Assembly: GCA_963776345.1 (NCBI GenBank)
Contig: CAVZMH010000022.1
Coordinates: 384,001-448,000, forward strand
DNA length: 64,000 bases
Direction: 5' to 3'
Source: an uncultured delta proteobacterium
Lineage (GTDB): Bacteria; Myxococcota; Myxococcia; Myxococcales; Myxococcaceae
Shown here: positions 1-9,847 of the stretch, piece by piece
Position numbering within the stretch: position 1 is the stretch's first letter
How the letters are laid out: every line of letters starts with the position of its first letter
Translations under genes and position numbers: made by a program
The notes under the pieces: generated by a model
Seen by the model: only the letters and a program-made list of their open reading frames with translations
Databases searched by the model: none
Told to the model about the DNA's origin: nothing

Positions 1-1853
1 AGCACCCGATCGCCAGGCTTCACCCCGGTGCGAAGCAGGAAGCTCCCCACCCTCGCCGCCCAGCGGTGGACCTCGCCGTAGGTGAAGCGCTCCTCGCGGT
101 CGTCCTCCACCCGCCGGAAGGCCACCCGGTGCCGGTGGGCGTGCACCGCGGCGTCGAACAGCTCGAGCAGGTCGCGGTGGGCGTGAATCGCCTTGCGCCG
201 CTCGCGCTCCTCCTCGAACCCGGGGAAGACCCACTTCTCCAGCCCCGGCAGGTGCACCTCGAGGAAGTAGCGCCGCCAGTCGATCCCCTGCGGGTCCCAC
301 GGAATCTTCGCCGCGTCCTCCGGCTCCATCGCGGCGTAGAGCGCGCGGGTGTTGTCGCAGCGAAAGACGTACCGGTTCTCCCAGAGGAAGGGCAGGAAGA
401 GGTCGATCAGCGACGAGAGCGAGGAGGCCTGCTCTTCCACCCGCTCCAGCTGGTCCTTGGCCCTGTCCAGGAAAGCCGAGACCCGCGGCGCCCCCCAGCG
501 TGGCCCGTGGTCCTCGATGCCCTGCCTCAGCAGCCGCGCACCGGTGACGAAGAGCGGGGCAGAGCGGGTGAGGAAGGTCCGCTTGGAGACCGGCTGGGGC
601 TCCATCCGGCTCTTGATGTCGTTGAGCAGCGCGCTCCCGGTCTCCTTCTCCCGGAAGAACTTGCGCCGGTAGAGCCCCACCAGCTCCACCGATCGCGCGG
701 CGTAGAACGGGTTCTGGTCCCCGGAGGCCTGCTGGTACACCCGCCGCTCCGGGTGGGTCAGCGCCCGCGCGGTGATGGCGATCAGCGAGCCGGCCACCAG
801 GTCCACCGGGATGATGTCCAGGATGGCGCGCTCGCCGGCGGGCACCAGGCGGTGGCCCTTCAGGCCGGCGAACGCCAGGGGCGCCGAGGTGGTGAAGCCC
901 TCGTTCCACCCGGGGAAGGGGTAGCGCAGCGCGCTCTCCACGATGGTCGGGCGGACGATGGCGTACGCGAGGTCCGGCGTGCCGGCGATGACCTGCTCGC
1001 CGAGCGACTTGGTGTAGGTGTAGGTGTTGGGCCAGCCCCAGCTCCGGGCGCGGTCCATCCCCGCGTCGGTGAGCTTCCGGGTGAGCCAGAGCTTCCGCTC
1101 GCGGCCGACGGCCAGGCGGAGCGTCTTCTCGTCGCGCCCGTCGCGCCCCTCCTCCTCGAGCCGCTCGATGGCGTGGGCCCGGAACTCGGAAGTGAGCGCG
1201 TGGTCCTCGGCCTGCTCGCGCAGCCGCTTCACCAGCCGGGCGGCGTCATCGAGCTCGTTCTGCAGGGAGAAGTCACGTCCGTCCAGGTCGCCCTTCCGGG
1301 GGAAGTAGCCGACGATCTCCTCATCCTCGAAGACCAGCCCGCTCCGGTTGCCGGCGACGAACGCGGTGGAGATGTGCACCAGCGGGACGTTCAGTCGCCG
1401 GCACAGCTCGACCGCGTTCCGGACCCCGTAGGTGTTGATCTTCAGCCCGACCTCGAGCGGCGGGTTGAATGAGACCAGGCCCGCGCAGTTGACGACCACG
1501 TCCACCTGGCCGGCGAGCGCCTGGAGCTCCTCGGCGGAGAGGCCGAACAGCGGGTCGGTGATGTCGCCGTCGAGCACCCTGCAGCGCGCCTGGACGAAGG
1601 CCTCGGCCCGCTCGTCCCCGTGGTGGTCCCGGAGCGGCTGGAACGGCTCGCTCCGGACGACCTTCTCCAGGAAGCGGGCCTCGGCGCTGGTGGCCGAGCC
1701 GCGCCGGACCAGGACCCAGACCCGGCCCAGCACCTCCCCGTAGCGGTGGAGGAGCATCGAGAGGGTGACCTTGCCCAGGAAGCCGGTGCAGCCGGTGAGG
1801 AGGATGCGCTTGCCGGCGAGGGCGTCGGACACCGAGAGCACGGGTGATTCCAT
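1..1853 (-). CDS. Multidomain fatty acyl-CoA reductase-like + AMP-dependent acyl-CoA synthetase, ElbD-like (runs off the left edge)
   Basis: Hand-translated, absent from the ORF track: ATG at 1853, MESPVLSVSDALAGKRILLTGCTGFLGKV (TGxTGFLG NAD motif), GWPNTYTYTK (YxxxK), RPTIVES...PFPGW, then AMP-binding N-terminus FTYGEVHRWAARVGSFLLRTGVKPGDRVL. Confidence 0.85.
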   Translation of the reverse strand, partial: MESPVLSVSDALAGKRILLTGCTGFLGKVTLSMLLHRYGEVLGRVWVLVRRGSATSAEARFLEKVVRSEPFQPLRDHHGDERAEAFVQARCRVLDGDITDPLFGLSAEELQALAGQVDVVVNCAGLVSFNPPLEVGLKINTYGVRNAVELCRRLNVPLVHISTAFVAGNRSGLVFEDEEIVGYFPRKGDLDGRDFSLQNELDDAARLVKRLREQAEDHALTSEFRAHAIERLEEEGRDGRDEKTLRLAVGRERKLWLTRKLTDAGMDRARSWGWPNTYTYTKSLGEQVIAGTPDLAYAIVRPTIVESALRYPFPGWNEGFTTSAPLAFAGLKGHRLVPAGERAILDIIPVDLVAGSLIAITARALTHPERRVYQQASGDQNPFYAARSVELVGLYRRKFFREKETGSALLNDIKSRMEPQPVSKRTFLTRSAPLFVTGARLLRQGIEDHGPRWGAPRVSAFLDRAKDQLERVEEQASSLSSLIDLFLPFLWENRYVFRCDNTRALYAAMEPEDAAKIPWDPQGIDWRRYFLEVHLPGLEKWVFPGFEEERERRKAIHAHRDLLELFDAAVHAHRHRVAFRRVEDDREERFTYGEVHRWAARVGSFLLRTGVKPGDRV

Positions 1854-1959
1854 GGGTTCGAGGATGTGACTATCACCGGCGGCGGCCCCGGGGTGAAGCC
1901 CGGAGCGCCGCGGCGCGTCGCTCGTGGTTCGGGGGGGCGGGCCTGCGACATCCATGGGC

Positions 1960-2190
1960 TAGGCTCGGGCGCGACCGGCTACACCTCCTCGTACCGTACC
2001 AGCTGGGCTCGCCGGCGAGCGGCGTGCTCTGGGGCGTTCTGCCCCACATGCACACCAAGGGGCGGCGGGTGACGGTGAAGGCCGGGGACAGCTGCCTGGT
2101 CGACATCCCGTCGTGGGACTTCCACTGGCAGCAGGCGTACCTCTTCTCCACGCCGGTGCCGATCACCGTCGGGACGCAGCCCTTCGGCCC
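1960..2190 (+). pseudogene. Remnant of a copper type II (PHM/DBH-like) monooxygenase C-terminal domain
   Basis: GVLPHMHTKG...CLVDIPSWDFHWQQAY matches the HMHxxG/WDFxWQ pattern. No start or N-terminal domain. A 5-bp duplication at 1990-1999 shifts the frame. Confidence 0.6.
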
Positions 2191-2214
2191 GCCGGCCTCG
2201 CTCCGCCGCCGGGC

Positions 2215-3002
2215 TCACCAGACCCGGCAGGCGCCGGCCCGCGCCATCGGCTTCCCCGCCGGGCAGCTGAACGCCTCGCGGAACTCGGGCTGGTTCGACA
2301 TCACGTGGTTCACCCGGTACTCGTGCAGCGAGTGGGGGTTGGTCCGGACGATCACCCGCGCGAACTCGGGGCGGATGGCCTGGCACCAGGAGAAGGCGTT
2401 CCCGGCGAAGAAGCGCTGGCGCGCCGTCAACTCCCGCCCTGGTCCACCATCAGGACGGTGGTCTGCGCGTCGGTGAAGTCGGGAGTCGACCCGAATCCGA
2501 AGAGCGCGGCGTCGGTGCCGTTGTTGCCCATCTCCGCGGCGCCGGGCAGCGCGAGGTGGAGCACGGCGATCTCCCGCGCCAGGTCGCGCTTGTCCTTCAG
2601 CCGGCTGATGCGGTCGAGGTCCGGCTTGATCGGGGAGAGCCCGGCCCGCTCGATGCCGGGCTCGTCCATGCAGGCGGCCCAGGCGTCGCCGATGAGGCGC
2701 TGGTTGGGGGAGCGGCCCGGGTCCGGCCGGGCAGCGTCGTCGAGCGTCTGGCGGAGGAGGTCCTTGCTCCAGAGGTTCAGCGGCGAGCTGGTGCCCCAGG
2801 CCACCTCCTCGGCGGGGATGGGATTGGCCCCCAGCCACCTCGAGCAGGTGAAGGCGTAGAAGTCGATGCAGGGGTCCTTGCTCCAGTCGAGGAGCGAGGC
2901 GTCGAACTGCGAGGGCTGCGGTGACTCGAGCGCGGCCGCCCGGGCGGCGGGAACGGCGGCGAGCGCGGTGAGGATCAAGACTCGGCACAGGCTGGGTCCC
3001 AC
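2215..3002 (-). pseudogene. M13 (neprilysin-like) metallopeptidase with large internal deletion
   Basis: Signal peptide + DPCIDFYAFTC...DQGG N-terminus joins out of frame at about 2433 to the M13 C-terminus (QRFF...NPHS..EYRVN..SNQPEFREAFSCPAGKPM..CRVW). No HExxH. Confidence 0.85.
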
Positions 3003-3160
3003 GGGGTCCTCCCTCGGCAGATCCGCGCCGGCTTACCCGTGCCCGAGCTCGGGGACTGGCGCCGCGCAGCGAACGGTCCGGCGCGGGACCGGGGAGGACG
3101 GTACCGGCCGGCGCGCGCCTCTCGCCGACCGCGGTCACCGCTCGGAGCTGAGCCCGGGCC

Positions 3161-5701
3161 TCAGCCCGTCGCCGCCTCGCCGGTCGAGGGCACCGGCTCC
3201 TCGGCGGGGCGCTGTCGCCGACGCCGCCAGAGCTGCGCCGCAGGTAGGACCAGGAGCGCGGCGAGCAAGCACGCCGCCTCGCCGATCACCGCGGTGAGGC
3301 CCAGGCTCCTGACGCCGAAGTTGAGCGAGCGCGTCAGCGCCAGGTAGCCGAGCAGGGTGGTCAGGCTGCAGAGGACCACCGCCCCCCCGGTCCGCCGCAG
3401 CGTCTCCAGCGGATCTCTCAGCTCGAGGTCTCGCTGCACGATGTTCACCGCGTAGTCCACGCCGATGCCGAAGGTGACCGGCAGGGCGATGAAGTTGAGG
3501 AAGTTCAGCTTGACCTTCCAGAGCGCGAGGATGCCCACGGTCCAGAACACGCCGACCAGCAGCGAGAGGATGACCCGGGTCATCGAGCGCCATCGCCGGA
3601 AGCTCAGGGCGACGATGCACAGGGTGGCGATGATGGACACCACGAGCGCCCGGGGGATGTCCTTCAGGATCGCGCTCCACATGTCGGCGTAGATGACCGC
3701 ACGCCCCGAGCCGCGGATCTCGCTTCCGTCGGGGAGGATGGTGCTCCGGTACCCGTCCGCCCAGCGCAGGAGGTAGTGCGCGTCCGAGGTGACGTCGCCT
3801 TCGCCGTCGATGGGGCTGATGTAGAGGATCCGCCCGCGGGTCCCGTCCTTCTCGGTGAAGGGCCGGGCGATGGCGTCGGGCAGCTCGGCGATCCCGAAGG
3901 GCTTCAGGTCCTCCGGGGGCAGGTACGGCTCGACCTTCTCCCAGTCCGGGACCAGCCCCAGCCGGTGCGCCTTCAGGATGCGCCGCCGGAGCTGCATCAG
4001 GATCGGGATCTTGGCCTGCTGATCCCGGGGCACGAAGTCCTCGAGGGTGTGCACTGCCTTGAACGGCTTCGCATCGGCCGGCGCGGCATCCCGGCGGGCC
4101 TCGAGCGCGGCCTTGAGCGGCGCCACCTGGTCCAGCCGGTCGGTCATCACCGCCATCCCGTTCACACCGACGAAGCCGGTGATCCCCAGCGCGACGTGGA
4201 AGAGCCGGTGCACCTCGGAGACCGCCTGCCGGTCGCTCTGGATCTTGTTGGTGTCGTACTCCATCGGGTCGGAGCGGACGTAGAAGACCGTGAGCACGGC
4301 GCCGACGATGGCCAGCAGGCCGCCGACCAGGGTGATGGCCCGCGGCGCGCTGGCGACGATGGCGGCGAAGGGCCGTCCGAAGGGGACGCCCTCGCCCTGC
4401 ACCCGCAGCGCCCGCCGCCACCAGGAGACGCGCTCGAGCGGGACGATGCGCTCCATCAAGAGCAAGATCGGGGGGAGCGAGAGGAAGGCCGCCGCCCAGC
4501 AGAGCAGCATCCCGAGCCCCCCGATCCAGCCGAACTCGCGGAAGCCCTTGAACTCGGTGACCACCAGCGCGCCGTAGGCGGCCGAGGCGGTCGCGGCGGC
4601 GGTCAGGGTCGGCCGCCAGGTGTGGCGCATCGCCTCGACGATCGCCGCCTCGGCAGGTGTCCCCTTCCCCCGCTCCTCGATGTAGCGGGCCATGAGGAGG
4701 ATGGAGAAGTTGATGCCGTTGCCGGCGATGATGGTGAACAGGAAGCCGGTGGCGAGGTTGAGGCGACCGATGAGCAGCTCGGTCAGGGCGAAGGTCCAGG
4801 CGACCCCGATGCCGATCCCCAGGCCCATCGAGACGACGGTCCGGATTCGCAGGTAATAGACGAACACGATGCCGAGGATCAGCAGCGTCCCGGCGAGGCC
4901 CACCTCGGTGAGGTCGCGGTTGATCAGCCGGTACTCCGAGAGGCCGATGATCAGATCGCCACTGAGGTCGAACCGGGCCGCCGGATCGAAGGACCGGAGG
5001 TTCACCCGCCGGACGACCTCGGAGACGCGGGCCACCGCCTCCTCCGCCTGCTTGAAGTCGGCGCCCACCACGCCGCTGCGGATGAGGATGACCGCGGTCT
5101 TGCCGTCGGCGCTCTGGTAGTGCCCGTCGCCCGGGAACTTCCGCTCGTCCTCGGGCTTCACCCCCAGCCCGGCCTTCAGCGAGTCCGGAGCGATGGGTGG
5201 CGGCGGGGCCTCGTCCAGGTCGAGCTGCAGCCCGCTGCGCTTCCCGACCTCGTAGGCGTAGCGGGCCTCCACGTCGTCGCGGAGCTTCCTCAGGGTGGCG
5301 AGGTCCGTGTAGAGGCCGGTGCGAGGCCGGACGAAGGCCAGCGCGTCGTGGACCCCGTTCTCCACCTGCCCCACCCAGGGCGGCCCGATGGCCGCCAGGG
5401 CGGGGACCAGCGCGTCGGAGGCCCGCCGCAGCCCGGCCGGGTCCTGCCCCTCGAGCACCACGAAGATGGTGGAGAGGCTCGAGGTGCGGGCGGAGACCCG
5501 GCGGAGCTCGAGGACGCTCGGCCGCGACTCGGGCAGGAGGCTCTCGAAGCCGGTCTCGAGCCTCAGCCGGGTGGCGAGGACGATCGAGACCGCCGTCAGG
5601 ACGGCAATCGCCGAGAGGACCTGGACCGGGCGCCGGAGCTGCCAATCGATGAGGCGACCCAGGACCCGCTGGAGCGGGGACCTCGCGGGTGGCGAGCTCA
5701 C
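3161..5701 (-). CDS. MMPL/RND-family lipid transporter
   Basis: 846 aa, duplicated TM + periplasmic loop architecture, GIGVDYAVNI motif. Confidence 0.9.
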   Translation of the reverse strand: MSSPPARSPLQRVLGRLIDWQLRRPVQVLSAIAVLTAVSIVLATRLRLETGFESLLPESRPSVLELRRVSARTSSLSTIFVVLEGQDPAGLRRASDALVPALAAIGPPWVGQVENGVHDALAFVRPRTGLYTDLATLRKLRDDVEARYAYEVGKRSGLQLDLDEAPPPPIAPDSLKAGLGVKPEDERKFPGDGHYQSADGKTAVILIRSGVVGADFKQAEEAVARVSEVVRRVNLRSFDPAARFDLSGDLIIGLSEYRLINRDLTEVGLAGTLLILGIVFVYYLRIRTVVSMGLGIGIGVAWTFALTELLIGRLNLATGFLFTIIAGNGINFSILLMARYIEERGKGTPAEAAIVEAMRHTWRPTLTAAATASAAYGALVVTEFKGFREFGWIGGLGMLLCWAAAFLSLPPILLLMERIVPLERVSWWRRALRVQGEGVPFGRPFAAIVASAPRAITLVGGLLAIVGAVLTVFYVRSDPMEYDTNKIQSDRQAVSEVHRLFHVALGITGFVGVNGMAVMTDRLDQVAPLKAALEARRDAAPADAKPFKAVHTLEDFVPRDQQAKIPILMQLRRRILKAHRLGLVPDWEKVEPYLPPEDLKPFGIAELPDAIARPFTEKDGTRGRILYISPIDGEGDVTSDAHYLLRWADGYRSTILPDGSEIRGSGRAVIYADMWSAILKDIPRALVVSIIATLCIVALSFRRWRSMTRVILSLLVGVFWTVGILALWKVKLNFLNFIALPVTFGIGVDYAVNIVQRDLELRDPLETLRRTGGAVVLCSLTTLLGYLALTRSLNFGVRSLGLTAVIGEAACLLAALLVLPAAQLWRRRRQRPAEEPVPSTGEAATG

Positions 5702-7215
5702 TCGGCCCGCCCGCGGGGCAGGCAGGCCCAGAAGTGGTAGTTCTGCACCACCACCCCGGCGCGCTCCACGGCCAGGGTACGGAGAGGCCTGCAGTCACGG
5801 TCCGGCAGCAACGTCGCGGGGTCCTGGTGGTAGTGGTCGTCGTGGATGTACAGCACCGGAGACCCCGGTGGCGGATCGCGGCGTCCGAGAAAGTCGAATT
5901 CGGTCCTCCGCTGCCCCGGACAGTAGACGGGTGGGCGATCGTCCAGCGCGGTGAGGATGTGCGCGCAGAGCGCGTACTGGCAGCTCGCCACCACCGTGCC
6001 CGGACCGAGCGAGGGCGCCGTCCGACCCACCTCGGCCTGGAGCGCGCTCCAGCCGTTCATCTCGTTGAAGAAGTCCCGGTCGGGGTCGTAGGCGCCGGCA
6101 GGGAGGAGCCGGCGCAGGGCGGGGTCCTGGGAGTGGGCATAGACGGCCGCGACGCCGATCACCGCCACCGCGAGGCAGGCCGCGATGTACCACCGGAGCC
6201 ACGCCGAGAGGTGCTCCCATCGCTCGTCCAGCACTCCGCCGCCCGCGACGACCAGCGGGATGTAGCCCACCATCGTCCAGTGGGACTCGGCGTCTCGGAC
6301 CCGCATCATCATGATCAGGAAGAAGAGCAGGACCGGCCAGCTGGCGAGCGTGAGGAACCGGAACCGGTCGTCCCGGCGCGAGCGACGGATGCAGATCGCC
6401 AGGACGACCATCAGGCCGGGGAAGATCAGCGGATGGAACGGCACGAGCTGGCCCACGATGGCCTGCCCCGCGTTGAGGGCGAGCGCCGCGACGTCGGTGG
6501 AGCCCCTGCGCTCCACGAAGTGGAGGACCAGCGAGGGCCACCCGCGCTGGTGGTTCCAGATCAGCACCGGGAGCGCGACTCCGAGGCTCACCAGGCTGCC
6601 GAGGTAGAGCGAGGGACGGCGGAGCCAGCGTCGACCCCGTGGCGAGACCAGGACGTAGAGGAGCCCGACCCCGAGGAGGAGCACGCCCGAGTACTTGGCG
6701 AGGAACGCCAGACCGGCCACCAGGCCCGCGGCGAGCGGGCGCCACGCCTCGTCGTGCTCCCGCATTCCGTCGAGCAGCAGCAGCCCGAGCACCCACAGCG
6801 GCGCCAGAGGGGCCTCGGGATTCAGCGCGTAGCTCGAGCCGAAGAAGACCGGGATGGCGGTGACGATGACCACCGCCAGGAAGCCGGCGCGCGGCGAGAA
6901 GAGACGTTGCCCCAGGCGGTACACCAGAACGCCGAACAGCGCCGCGCAGACCACGGGTCCCGACCGGACCGCCAGCGGCCCGTGCGAGAACTGCGTGGTC
7001 AACCAGGTCATCCAGGCGACCAGCGGTGGATGGTCGTAGTAGCTCAGGGACGGGAAGCGCGACCAGACGTAGTAGTAGGCCTCGCCGTTGGCGATCCCGG
7101 TGGTGGAGACGAACAGCAGCCGGACCAGCGTGGCCCCGGCGATCAGCGCCGCGGTCCGCGCGTCCCATTGCCGCACGTCCTCGGGCACCCCGACGCCGAC
7201 AATCGCGTCAGTCAT
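5698..7215 (-). CDS. GT-C glycosyltransferase (GT39/PMT_2, ArnT-like)
   Basis: EAYYYVWS...LSYYDHPPL, LAFLAKY motif, multiple TM segments; overlaps the MMPL start by 4 bp. Confidence 0.88.
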   Translation of the reverse strand: MTDAIVGVGVPEDVRQWDARTAALIAGATLVRLLFVSTTGIANGEAYYYVWSRFPSLSYYDHPPLVAWMTWLTTQFSHGPLAVRSGPVVCAALFGVLVYRLGQRLFSPRAGFLAVVIVTAIPVFFGSSYALNPEAPLAPLWVLGLLLLDGMREHDEAWRPLAAGLVAGLAFLAKYSGVLLLGVGLLYVLVSPRGRRWLRRPSLYLGSLVSLGVALPVLIWNHQRGWPSLVLHFVERRGSTDVAALALNAGQAIVGQLVPFHPLIFPGLMVVLAICIRRSRRDDRFRFLTLASWPVLLFFLIMMMRVRDAESHWTMVGYIPLVVAGGGVLDERWEHLSAWLRWYIAACLAVAVIGVAAVYAHSQDPALRRLLPAGAYDPDRDFFNEMNGWSALQAEVGRTAPSLGPGTVVASCQYALCAHILTALDDRPPVYCPGQRRTEFDFLGRRDPPPGSPVLYIHDDHYHQDPATLLPDRDCRPLRTLAVERAGVVVQNYHFWACLPRGRAE

Positions 7216-7224
7216 GCAGCGCGC

Positions 7225-7881
7225 TCACCACTCGACCACGAAGTCCGCGTAGTCGGCCTCGGCCGGGGTCTGTGAGTTGTCCCCGTCGGTCATCAGCCCG
7301 ATGGCCACGAAGTCGGGCACGTCCTCCAGCCTTCCGCCGTAGTGCTTCACGAACTCCCTCCTCGGGTCGACCGCGTACGAGTTCCAGACGTCGAGCGGTC
7401 CGCCCACCTGCACCAGGATCGTGTCCCGGTCGAAGAACCACCCGCGCGCCGACTGGCAGGAGGTCCCCACGGTGCCGACCGTGCTCCAGACGTACTTGAT
7501 CACCATGAGCTTCAACCCGGCCTTGAAGGCCAGGAACACCGAGGCGGCGGCGTCGGAGGCGCCCGGCCCGCAGTCGTTCGCGTCCCGGGGGAGCGAGTGG
7601 ACCCGCCAGCGCCAGCTCACCGAGGTGACCGTGTGCCGGGCCTGCTCCGGGACCGTGGCCTTCAGCACCACATTGCCCAGCCCCGGCCGGTAGACGGCCC
7701 GGATCAGCGGCACCCCGTCCTCGGCGCCCACCGAGTAGTAGTTCACCGGACCGGAGTCCTCCTTGAACACGCTGAAGGCCGCCGGGGCGATGACTGTGCG
7801 GTGCCGGGCCTCCGGCGCGGGCGCGGTTCCGTCGCCGCTCGAGGCGAGGGCCAGGAGCAAGAGAGCCGTCGAGAGGGACAT
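7225..7881 (-). CDS. Secreted DUF3047-like protein
   Basis: Signal peptide from ATG 7881; SWRWRV..LP, DAAASVF, IKYVWS, IGLMTDGDNS..A.ADYAD. Confidence 0.7.
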   Translation of the reverse strand: MSLSTALLLLALASSGDGTAPAPEARHRTVIAPAAFSVFKEDSGPVNYYSVGAEDGVPLIRAVYRPGLGNVVLKATVPEQARHTVTSVSWRWRVHSLPRDANDCGPGASDAAASVFLAFKAGLKLMVIKYVWSTVGTVGTSCQSARGWFFDRDTILVQVGGPLDVWNSYAVDPRREFVKHYGGRLEDVPDFVAIGLMTDGDNSQTPAEADYADFVVEW

Positions 7882-7933
7882 GATCGTGGCGCGCACTTGA
7901 CGGCACTCCACGGGCGCGTGTCAAAAGCTTCGC

Positions 7934-9847
7934 GTGGACGTTTCCCCTCTCGAGAGCACCCAGCCGTCGTCGCCAGCCGGTGGGGTGGACCGCGCGACGC
8001 TGGCCCTGGCCGAGGCCATCATCCCGGGGACCAGCACCATCCCCGGCGCCGACGACACGACGGTGCGCGAGGTCGCCGCGCTGGTCGCCCGGCTGTCGCC
8101 GAGGCTGGCCACCGCCTGGACTGCCGCCCACCGTGCGCTCGACGCCGCCGCCCGCCTGCGCACCGGCCGCCCCTTCCACGCCCTCTCCGCGGCCCGCCAG
8201 GAGGCGCTGCTCACGCGGTGGGAGCGCGACCCGCTGCTCAAGATTCCGCTGTCCGTCCTGTCGAGCGTCTACAAGGTCGTCCACTTCGACTCCCCGCACG
8301 TGCAGCGGGCGATGGGGGCGAGGCCCAGGCCGCCCCTTCCGGTCACCGAGCCGCACTGGGCCCGGCAGGTTCACTCCGCCAGCTCGTGGACCGGCGGCGA
8401 CGTCGAGTGCGACGTGGTGGTCATGGGGACCGGCGCGGGCGGGGCAGTGGTGGGGTACGAGCTCGCCGCGCGCGGCCATGCGGTGGTCTTCGTCGAGGAG
8501 GGGCAGCTCTACCACCGGCACAGCTTCGACGGCAGCACGGTGCGCGCCTACGAGCGCTTCTACCGGCCGGCCTTCGCGGTGGGCAACGCGACCTTCCCGG
8601 TCTTCGTCGGGCGGATGGTCGGTGGCTCGACGGGGGTGAACGGCGGCACCGCCTTCCGGACTCCCTCCTGGGTCCTGGACCGCTGGTGCGAGGAGATGGG
8701 GACCGACGCCTTCGAGCCGTCCCGGATGGCTCGCTACTTCGACCAGGTGGAGGCGCACCTCGAGGTGGGCCCGTCCTCTCGCCGCCACGTGGGGCCCATC
8801 GCCGACGTCATGCAGCGTGGGTGCGATGCGCTCGGCTGGAAGCACGGCCAGCTCCTCAGGAACGCGCCGGGGTGCGAGGCGTCCGGCTTCTGCCACGTCG
8901 GTTGCCGGAGCGACGCCCGGCGCAGCACCAACCTCTCCTACGTCCCGCCGGCGCTGGAGCGGGGCGCCCTGCTCTTCACCGGGCTGAAGGCCGACCGGGT
9001 GGTGGTGGAGAGCGGGCGCGCGACGGGCATCGAGGGCCGCGCGCCGAACGGGGCGCGGATCCGCGTGCGCGCCAGGGCGGTCATCCTGGCGGGTGGGACG
9101 ATCCCCACGCCGCTGTTCCTCATGGCGCAGAACCTCGCCAACGCGAGCGGCCAGGTCGGACGGAACCTCACCCTCCACCCGAGCTGCGTGGCGCTGGGCC
9201 TCTTCGACGAGGAGATCCGCGGCTTCGACCACATCCCCCAGGGGTACGGGTCTGAGGAGTTCCTCCGCGAGGGCCTGCTGCTGGTCGCGGCGCAGGCGAC
9301 CCACAACGCAATGCCGAGCATGTTCGCCTCGGTCGGCCGCCGGCTCATGGAGCCGCTGGCCCAGCTCCGTCACGCGGCCGGCGTCGGGCCGCTCGCCGCG
9401 GACGCCACGCGCAACGGCCGGGTGTGGAGGGAGTTCCGGGGGCTCCCGGTCATTCGCTACACGGTCACCCCGGCGGACGTCGCCCGTCTCAAGCGCGGCC
9501 TCGAGCTGTCGATGGAGATGCTGGTCGCGGCGGGAGCTCGCCGCCTGTACCCCGGCGTCCTCGGGGTCGGGAGCCTGGAGCCGCGCCGCGGGCTGGACGC
9601 CTTCCGGAAGCGGGAGGTGTCGGCATCCGACATGGCGCTGGTCAGCTACCATCCGCTGGGGACCTGCCAGATGGGCACCGACCGGCGCACCAGCGTGGTG
9701 GGGATCGATCACCAGTGCCACGACGTCCCCGGGCTGTTCATCGTCGACGGCAGCACGGTGCGCGGACCCCTCGGGGTCAACCCCCAGCTCACCATCATGG
9801 CGATCGCCGCCCGCGCGGCCGACCAGATCTCACCGCAGCTCGGGTGA
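7934..9847 (+). CDS. GMC oxidoreductase (long-chain alcohol oxidase-like) with N-terminal helical extension
   Basis: VVVMGTGAGG FAD motif, VGGSTGVNGG, C..SGFCHVGC, SYHPLGTCQMG, GVNPQLTI. Confidence 0.9.
   Translation: MDVSPLESTQPSSPAGGVDRATLALAEAIIPGTSTIPGADDTTVREVAALVARLSPRLATAWTAAHRALDAAARLRTGRPFHALSAARQEALLTRWERDPLLKIPLSVLSSVYKVVHFDSPHVQRAMGARPRPPLPVTEPHWARQVHSASSWTGGDVECDVVVMGTGAGGAVVGYELAARGHAVVFVEEGQLYHRHSFDGSTVRAYERFYRPAFAVGNATFPVFVGRMVGGSTGVNGGTAFRTPSWVLDRWCEEMGTDAFEPSRMARYFDQVEAHLEVGPSSRRHVGPIADVMQRGCDALGWKHGQLLRNAPGCEASGFCHVGCRSDARRSTNLSYVPPALERGALLFTGLKADRVVVESGRATGIEGRAPNGARIRVRARAVILAGGTIPTPLFLMAQNLANASGQVGRNLTLHPSCVALGLFDEEIRGFDHIPQGYGSEEFLREGLLLVAAQATHNAMPSMFASVGRRLMEPLAQLRHAAGVGPLAADATRNGRVWREFRGLPVIRYTVTPADVARLKRGLELSMEMLVAAGARRLYPGVLGVGSLEPRRGLDAFRKREVSASDMALVSYHPLGTCQMGTDRRTSVVGIDHQCHDVPGLFIVDGSTVRGPLGVNPQLTIMAIAARAADQISPQLG

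Noticed and set aside
66..1472. 468-aa plus-strand ORF and similar long antisense ORFs (e.g. 15944-19216, 41347-43620, 48133-50358)
   Set aside because: GC-rich shadow frames opposite genes with clear motifs.
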